64,000 nt of DNA from the NCBI RefSeq assembly GCF_009914755.1, contig NC_060926.1, one strand, 5' to 3'. Every line of letters begins with the position of its first letter. Position 1 is the first letter of the stretch. Below, piece after piece: positions 54,981-64,000 of this stretch. The notes under the pieces are model-generated. The model made no database searches and had not been told where the DNA came from. It saw nothing but the letters and a program-made list of their open reading frames with translations. The stretch is from the human T2T-CHM13v2.0 reference genome, Homo sapiens. Made by a program: the position numbers and the translations under genes.

Positions 54981-56280
54981 TGGTGGGTGTGGTTTGTGAA
55001 CCGGTATGTGTGGTCTGTGGTATGTATGGATGTGTGTAGTTTGTGAACTGGTGTGTGTGGCATATGGTGTGTATGTGGGTAACTGGCATAACTGGGGTAT
55101 GGTAGGTATGGGTATGTGTGGTATGTGAACTGGTAAGTGATATGTATGAGTGCGTATGGTGTGTGTTGTGGGTGGTGTGTGAACTGGTGTGTGGTGTGTG
55201 GTATGCATCGGTGCATGTGATGTGTGAACTGGTGTGTGTGGTATGGTATGCATGGGTGTGTGTAGTGTGTGAACTGATATGTGTGGTTTGTGAACTGGTA
55301 TGAACTGGTGTGGTGTGTGATGTGTGGTATGTATGGGTGTGTATGGTTTGTAAACTGGTGCATGTGGTGTGAACTGGTGTGTGGTATGCATGGAGATGTG
55401 TGGTTTGTGAACTGGTGTGAATTGGTGTGTGGTGTGTGGTATATATGGATGTGTGGTATGTGAACTTGTATGTGTGGTGTGGTTTGGATGTGGTGCATGT
55501 GGTATGTGCAGTATGTGGTGAGAGTGTGGCGTGTGGTGTATGTGGTGCATGTGGTGTGTTTGGTATGTGGTATGCGTATGGTGTGTGTGGTGTATGGGGC
55601 ATATGTGGTTTGTGTGTGGTGTGGTGTTTGTAGAGTGTGGTGCGCATGGTGTGTGTGGTATGTGGTGTGTGTGTGGCATGTGGTGTATGGGGTGTATGTG
55701 GTTTGTGTGGGGTGTGTGGGGTACGTGGGGTATATGTGGTGGGGTGTGTGGTGTCTGTGATGTGTGGTATGTATGGGGGTATGTGGTGTGTGAATTGGTG
55801 TGTGTGGTTTGTAAACTGGTGCATGTGGTGTGAATTGGTATGTGGTGTGCATGGAAGTGTGTGGTTTTTGAACTGGTGTGAACTGCTGTGTGGTGTGTGG
55901 TATATATGGATGTGTGGTATGTGAACTTGTATGTGTGGTGTGGTTTGGATGTGGTATATGTGGTGTGTGCAGTATATGGTGTGTTTGTGGCGTGTGGTGT
56001 ATGTGGTGCATGTGTGCGGTATGTAGTGTGTGTGTGGCGTGTGGTGTGTGTGGTATAGGGGTATATGTGGTTTGTGTGGGGTGTATGGGGTGCGTGAGGT
56101 GTGTGTGGTGTGATATGTGGTGTCTGTGGTGTGTGGTATGTATGGGGGTATGTGGTGTGTGAATTGGTGTGTGCACCATGGTATGTATGGGTATGTGTGG
56201 TCTGTGAACTGGTAGGGGTGCTGTGGTGGGGAGTGGTGTGTGTGGTGTGTGGCATGTATGGATGTGTGTGGTGTGTGTCT
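54981..56280. repeat. Complex GT-rich tandem repeat / VNTR (GT, GGT, GTAT units with recurring gtgaactggt)
   Basis: ~1.3 kb G/T-skewed tract seen directly; internal duplication with offsets of 461 and 369 bp. Confidence 0.95.
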
Positions 56281-58768
56281 TGGGAGTGAGGGTGCTTATC
56301 ATGAGCAGGTGCTGCAGAAGCCCTCAGGGAAGATGACTTCACTGGGAGCTGAGATGACCTCACTGGGCGCCCTCCTTCAGCAGATGCGAGGACAGGCCCA
56401 CAGGCCTAAAGTCAATTAGAGGCAGATTTCCAAGCAGAATCTACTTCTCCTGACCTCTGATTCAGTGCCTTTTCCTGACAATTTTATCCCTGCGACCCCA
56501 GCCTTGAGAATGCAAAAAACTACCCCCAACTTCAGCCTGAGGTCATGAAACCAACCAGGAGTGCAGGCCGTCTAGGGGAGGTGCGAGTGCCCACCTACTG
56601 GGCAGCCACTCTGAGGGCAAAGTCCACGGGAGACACAGCTTCAGCCACCACCGGGGCTGCGACCTGTCCTCAGGATCCTCCTCAGCCCCCTCCAGGAGTC
56701 CTCAGCTTTCTGCTTTTAGCCCCAAACCCAGATTCACTTTCCCAGGCCATTCACTGTCTGAGGCAGCCCAGTCCGCTTTGTCCTTCCTCCTTCCCGAAGG
56801 CTCTCAGCCCCTGGGCAGCATCAGAATTTCACTTTGATCTCCTCTTCCCTGGGAGCCAGAATAGCTTAGTCTCTTCAAAAGGAGAGTTAGAAAGTGTGCC
56901 GTTCATCTAATAAAAATTAACTCCTGAGAGTTATCCAATCCCAATACAGGTCATTTCGCTGGAGGCTACCCCGACTAGGAAACACATTTTAGGACATCAG
57001 CAGAGGTAAAGATGAGAGCAATTTGCTCAGGCTTTTACTTGGGGTTAAGGATCACTAGGCCACCAGGACCAGGGATGCCAGACAACCTCAGGTTTCTTTC
57101 CAAGCTTTCTCCAAACTAGGCCTCACTTTTATCGTTTTCCTACCCCTGGGCTCTATGATTTTGTGGTGTTGCTTTTGTGTTTTCAAAAACACTGCATTCA
57201 TTCATTAGCTCTGCACTTTCCCTCATGCAATGCACACAGAACTGTAAAGACAAATGATAAAGCCCTTTCCCGCTTGGATCTTGTGTTGTTGGCCAGGTTC
57301 ATTCAAAAGGCCATTGTTTGATGGTGATTAAGTGTGTTTGTTTTGAATATTCACCTAAACAAAAATGATCAATTTACACAATTCTTGGAATTCATGGGTG
57401 TCTTGGGAAAACTTGAAGCCACAAAAAATGTTCAATACATAAATGCCAAGGACCTCCTGCTGTCAATTAAGACCCTCATGATAGTCTTTTGCTTATTTGC
57501 TCGTTAATTCATGTAAAAGTGGTTTGTGAGCAAATTAAGCATCAGTTGGCATGCCGGACATGGACACATAGATACAGTTTGTGGTCTGGAGGGGAGGTGG
57601 AAATGAGAGTCTCACAGGCTGCCCTCGGCCCAGAACTTCTGTGTGGAGGTTTTGCATAAAAATCAGAATTTCTGGATTCTTATAAAAACCCTAAAGTTCT
57701 AGCCCCATTAGGGCCACTGTTCCACTCACAGCCCTGAGTAAGCCTCCCCCATCAGCCCAGGCATGGACCCTTTGTCCTGCCTCTGTTCTCACTCTCCCGA
57801 CTGTCTCAGACCTAACCAGCTCCTCTCCTGTTTGTGACTTGCCCTTATGGGAGCCTGAGGGCTCCTACCTACTAGATGAAGCTGATGGGGACATTCTCCC
57901 AAATGAGAAAGCGATGGAAAGTTGTGACCATCAGAGGAAGATCAGAGATCAAGCCTTGTTGATGTAAAAGGAATTAAAGTTGAGAAACCATTTCCTGCAA
58001 CCAGAATTGTGAAAGCATACAACGTAGTACCAAAGGAAAATTACCGAAGCCTCCTTCCCTGAAGAACCTTCAGGAAGGGGAGGCCAGCCGTCTGACGTGA
58101 TCACAGTGATGTCTTGCCCTGAAACAAGAAGCATTCTTCCCAGGTCCTTTCCGCCGGAGGATTCTTATTCTGTGATCAATGCTGAGCTATGTGGATGAGT
58201 GTTTGCGTGGATTTCTTTTAAAACTATATTGCTAAATAATCTTGCCCCCTGGCCCCATGCACGTTCTTTTTTTTTTTTTTTTTTTGCACCCAGATAAGAA
58301 AAAGACTTGAATGTATTTTTTTCTATAAAATGCAGTCAATATTGTTCTGTGAGGGGGAAAGAAGTAGTGGAGGATGAAGATGGAACAGGGGATGAGGTGG
58401 TGACCAGCATGCCCTCATGGATAGACACTGAGCAGGGAGAGGCAGGGATATGCATGGAGTAAGCCCTCTCTCTCTCTAGGACAAAGCAAATTATGTCTTC
58501 ATGCCAGTGGACTCTGCATATTCATTGAAAAAAATAAGATTTAATTAATTTAGGGAAGCAATATGGGCTGACCAGACAGCCAAGTTCTTCAAGATAGGAC
58601 AGTAAAACATTTTATGTGAGAGCTGGCCAATGTCTGGATGGAAGAGGGAGGGCCAGGGAGACTGGAGAGATATTGAGGGGGTGAGGAGGTTTGAGGAATC
58701 CACAGTGGGGTGAGCTTCATGACCAGTGGAATGAAATAAGGGCTATTCTGGATGGACGACCAATGTCA

Positions 58769-59293
<525 letters not shown>

Positions 59294-59385
59294 TTAAACA
59301 AATGCACACAGAGGGAAGTGGATAAACTATTAGCAGAGTAAGCACTTGCCAAGAATACCGGGGGCACCAAAAACACATAAAAACA

Positions 59386-59678
<293 letters not shown>

Positions 59679-60429
59679 CTAGGAAGAAGTTACTTAAATT
59701 TCAGCACATGCTATATAGTTTTCAGGATTAGTCCCTCTCTAGGTATTCATCTGGGGCTGGCGCCTCCTTGGCTGGCAGGGGCTGGTGATCGGGACTCCCC
59801 AGCGAGACAGATTGCACCCAGAGCAGTGAGGCCCCGAGCGCTTCCTGGAGCCTGGGGAAGATGGCATTCATTTTTAAAGTCCATTTATTGTGCAGTTGTT
59901 GAAAGTGGGACACAGAAATTTGGACTGATATGCCTAGGCCACATGACTACTGATTGGGCCAGGGTAAATGCAGTCTTTTTGTTGATGGAGAAGGTCTTTT
60001 CTGGGCCCAGCACAAAGCAATGGATCTTCAGTCTTAAGAAATGCATTGAAAACCATCCTTGTGAAGTTTGGGGTCCCTGGTAGGCCAAGAGCTGGAAAGG
60101 CCCTTAGACTCTGAGTGCTGTAGCCCCCCTTCTAGGTGATGGTCAAAACTTGAAAACGGCTCTAGACTCTGGACAGAAATGCATGAGAATTGAGTGTTCA
60201 AAGCTTGGTGCTTTGACTTCTTTTAACTTTCTGTAGGCTGAAATATGAATAAGAGGAAGGCATGAGGCCCCTCTCAGTTTATGGAGCCATAGCTCCAAAC
60301 CTCCCACTTTCCAACCCAGCAACCCTGTGTGTCCTAGGAATTGTAGCGGGTGTCCCAGAATGCAAAAATCACTCTGCTAGAACTGGAAAAGGAGACGCCT
60401 GCCTTTTCTAGCACGATCTTTAGTAAATA

Positions 60430-60592
60430 GATTCAGGAAATGTGGGTCCTGGTCAGAGCTGGTGCCACAAGCTGAGTGCCTTCAGGCAGCAGACTTAGCC
60501 TCTTCAAGTCCAATCTCATCAGTAGTATCAGGGGGCTGAGATGGATGATCTCTAAGCAACCTTCCAACCACAGTGTTTTATAATTCTGTGTT
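60430..60592 (+). mobile_element. MIR SINE
   Basis: ggcagcagacttagcctcttcaagtccaatctcatcagta...gatgatctctaagcaaccttccaac. Confidence 0.7.
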
Positions 60593-60826
60593 CTGTGACC
60601 CATGTCTTCCTTGGAGGGCTCTTCAATCATGATCCCTATTACTATTGCCTTTGTTCGTATTAATAATAGCTTTCAATTATTATTCCTCAGATCATTCTTG
60701 GAGCACACATATCATAACTGGAGCACACAATAATGACAAGGACAGAAGCCAAGCATGTCATAAGCAGCCATTGTTGAAACAGATATGCTGCAGGGGCTGG
60801 AGTGACAATCGCTAAATGTCCCCCCA

Positions 60827-60827
<1 letters not shown>

Positions 60828-60860
<33 letters not shown>
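60828..60860. repeat. (CA)~16 microsatellite
   Basis: Direct observation. Confidence 0.97.
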
Positions 60861-60862
<2 letters not shown>

Positions 60863-61059
60863 GCCCCTGGCAGGCCCAGCCTCAGGGCTCAGCCAGGTGA
60901 CTTTTTCTTCTGGGTCATTAGGAGTCTGGGGTGAGCCCAGGCTACAGGAGGAAGGCATTACTTTGTCATTTTGGGAAAAAGGGTCACGTGTCCTACTTTT
61001 GCAGATGACAGCTCATTTTAACTTTACACTTGCATGCTGGTTTGGGAGGGCTTTGAAGA

Positions 61060-61312
61060 GGCAGCATTGAGTAGTGGTTAAGAAAAACACAAGCTCTAGA
61101 GGAATGTAGGATTTTTTGTGTCCCAGCTCTTCCACTTGATAAGCTTTGCATCATGGGAGAAGTTACTTAATTCTCTGTGTCTCAGTTTTCTCATCTGTAA
61201 AATGGGGATAATCCCAGGTTCTCCTCCTCAGTGGTTTAAGGATGGAGTGAGTGAACGTATGTTAGAGCAAGGCCTGGCTCACTGTGAGAACATAAGTCAT
61301 ATTAGCTATTGT
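61060..61312 (+). mobile_element. MIR SINE, near full length
   Basis: gtagtggttaaga...agttacttaattctctgtgtctcagttttctcatctgtaaaatggggataat. Confidence 0.9.
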
Positions 61313-63113
61313 GATGGTCTTCTTAACCGCCTTCTTACAGAAATAATAGAACTGAGGCCCAGAAAGACAGAGAGAGAAAAAATAGCCTGACTGAGCACAT
61401 GGCCAGTGGTGACAAAGTTGGAAACACTTCAGCTTCCTGATTCAGTGCTGGCCTTGAGGGCAGTGCTCTCTCCCTGAGCTTCCCACAATATATTCCAAAG
61501 GCCCCTTCTAAGCATATGTCTTCTACATCAGCACTCACCACTATCAGCAGGACTGACCTCCCCAGTGTTTCCCACACACACCCAGCATTCTTCCGTCCCA
61601 TCTCTACCTTGGGATTTCCTTCCTGCTTTTCTCTACTCTGTTCAGGGAACACGTCCAACCAGCCTTCCTCCGCGGACACTGCCCAGACTTCTCCATGGGC
61701 ACTTCCTAGCCCCCTCTGATATGCAGCCCTCTCTGAATCCCTTAGTTCCTTCGTGTCTGTGCTGTGGAAATCCTCCTATTTGACCTTGTAGTGTGAGTCA
61801 TCTTTGCATGGTAAGTACCACGTAGTCCCTGCTGTCAGGACCTTTGTGGGGCCCAGCCAAGTGCTAAGGCTCATTTGGGCCTTAGCACATGTTGACTTGC
61901 ACCTTCTCTTGCTGGCAGCCCCCGTCCTGGACTCCAAAGGACTCAGCAGTCCTGATTCTAATTCTGTCCTAATTCTCCCCTCCCTCTCCTGCAAATCGAG
62001 TTGAGTGGTGGTGGAGTCTACTTCTCTGCTCTCTTTCTTACACTGAAAGCCACCACAGCTCACTGCCTTTGGTGTGTTCAGATAGGGATTACAGCCCCAA
62101 ATACAGCAGCTTGTTTCCTGATGAAAACCCAGCCAAGCAGCTGGATTGAGTGCCTGAATAAAAAAGACTCAACCCCAATTAAGGAAGAGCTGGGAATCGC
62201 TGCAATTCTGAGACAGCGCAGTTATCATAAGCCCTTCTAAGAGAAACCATTTAAGATAGGGTCGGAATTAAAATAGTTTCCCCGGCACACAATTATGTAC
62301 TGACTCTTTCTGAGGGAGTCGTTTAGGGAGCAAAGAATGGAGTTTTCATTTTAACTGCTCTTTCTCAATTGCACAAGACAGTTTTCGAACTCTTCTCCTT
62401 AAAATTGTGTTTCTATCATGGCCTCTCTCACGACGGTTCGCAACATCTAGTTTGTTTCCCACTCATAGAAATATTGCACATACATTTTAGTTTTGTGAGA
62501 AATTATATTCTTAGGGAAAGGCAGGTTGTGTGAGTAGATTTATTTCAGTATATCAAAAATATGATGCTTTTTTTTTAAGTGGTGAATTTGTGAGCAGACC
62601 TCAGAGCAGATGCTGGAGGTCCCCTGATGGTCATTCCACATTCTACTCCCCAGTGTTCCCGGCTGCTCAGTGCCCTTAGTGAGTCCCTTAATCGCTTTAG
62701 GATCTCATTCCCTCATCAGTAAATGAGGTGCTGACACCTGCTCTTCTGATTTCCCAAAGCAACTATAAAAATAAAATGAAATAAAGCATAAAACACTAGG
62801 CAGAATATAAATCACAATTGCGACTTCAAACTCTTATGTCTAGAATGCCCTGCCTTCACCTTGCAGGACCACTCTGCAGAGGAAATCTGAGACATTGGTT
62901 CTATTGCCCTGTTTCTCTTCAGTCCTTGGACCTGCCCACCACCTGCATAGCTTTCTTCTGATCTCTCCCTACCATTGCTGATACAGGTTTGTGACCTGCC
63001 ACCACTGGGTGAAATCATTTATTTCTCCCCACATTCTTTGCCATGCATTTGCAATGTTTTTCCATTTGATTTTGGGGGCTTTGAGTCTCACTATTTTGCC
63101 CTCTCATTCCTCG

Positions 63114-63130
63114 CCCCCCCCCCCCCCCCC
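63114..63130. repeat. Poly-C17 homopolymer (G17 on - strand)
   Basis: Direct observation. Confidence 0.95.
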
Positions 63131-64000
63131 ACTTTCAGAAAGACTTTTCCTAGGAACTTTTTCATTTATGGGCTGGTTGGTTTCATTTCCTCTGACATGC
63201 CTCTTTCCTCAATAGGTTCTTGTTATCTCAGCTGCTTGGGATATTTGTGTTACATCCCTGTCCCAGCTCCGGCTCCACCTGCCTCCTTTCCTCTCCCATG
63301 CTGAGGAGAGCCCACATTTTATGCTGTTGGTGACAGGTCCCAGCCAAGGCTCGGCAGTCTCAGCCTCTTCCTCCCTGGGCCTCAATCCTGGGGACGCCAC
63401 CAGGAAGGAAGGGGTTAATCTTTGGCCTTCCCTCCATCTTCTTTCTAGTTCAACCTGTCAGTGTGCTGGGAGAGAAACCAGGCCATTGCCAGCATAACAC
63501 ATAAAATAAAACACCAGCCTGCTCCTTTCTCTGTGGATGATCAGGAGAGCTTTGGGGAACACCTATTCAGTGCCCTCATTTTCCAGTTGAGGAAGCAAAG
63601 ACAAGAGGTGAAATGACCGGCCTGAGGTCACTGTGACTTTGAGCATCCTACTGTGCCAGTCCTGTGCTGGGTACCAGCTATCAAAGATGATTAAGATATT
63701 GCTCCTGTCCTAAGCTGTTCAAGTCAGAAGATAAAGAAGCATGTATTGATTGTATTTACTGGAAAAGCATCTATCTGCTAATTGATTAGACCCCTCCCAT
63801 GTTTTCCTTTTAATTAAAATTTCCTTCTTTCCAAAAGCAATCCACCACCTCCTTGGAGGTCTAGCTCCCAACCAATTCATGTCCTTCCCGCCTCCAGACT
63901 GCTCTATTCCCTTGTTCCCCACTTCCCTTTACGGTTTGTGAATATCCCCGGCTGGGACGTGTAGCTGGAAAAGACACCCTCTTCTCTGCTCACTTCAAGG

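Noticed and set aside
54981-55430. Recurring gtgaactggt with variable spacers, superficially CRISPR-like
   Set aside because: The repeat is only ~10 nt, spacers are low-complexity GT of irregular length, the context is eukaryotic and there are no cas genes.
55118-56289. Cys/Val/Trp/Gly-rich + strand ORFs resembling metallothionein or keratin-associated proteins
   Set aside because: Translation of GT/GGT repeats.
54625-56363. Three long - strand ORFs (399, 522 and 541 aa), His/Thr/Pro-rich
   Set aside because: All three frames stay open because the CA-rich strand of the repeat rarely forms stop codons. The C-termini run into antisense Alu. There is no domain or codon structure.
58264-58293. 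Poly-T followed by gcacccag as a 3' splice site
   Set aside because: No supportable downstream exon or donor; isolated poly-T tracts are common here (24417, 47450).

Overview
Primate (human-like) non-coding genomic DNA, either a large intron or intergenic sequence. I recognise no protein-coding exon, tRNA, rRNA, CRISPR array or CpG island, and I cannot name the locus. The window is dominated by interspersed repeats: 11 Alus, old L1M and primate L1PA fragments, many L2 and MIR relics, ERVL/MaLR solo LTRs (THE1, MLT1, MLT2, LTR33-like) and a few hAT MITEs. It also has microsatellites and a ~1.3 kb complex GT-rich tandem repeat. The long ORFs in the track come from low-complexity, Alu or L1 sequence. 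Subfamily names are by-eye recognition of consensus motifs and need RepeatMasker/Dfam confirmation. The most unusual structures are a 90-bp nested double-palindrome at 34838-34927, the GT-rich VNTR with a 461/369-bp higher-order duplication, templated-insertion scars inside an Alu and an L1, and several candidate regulatory motif clusters. I found no convincing novel biological system.
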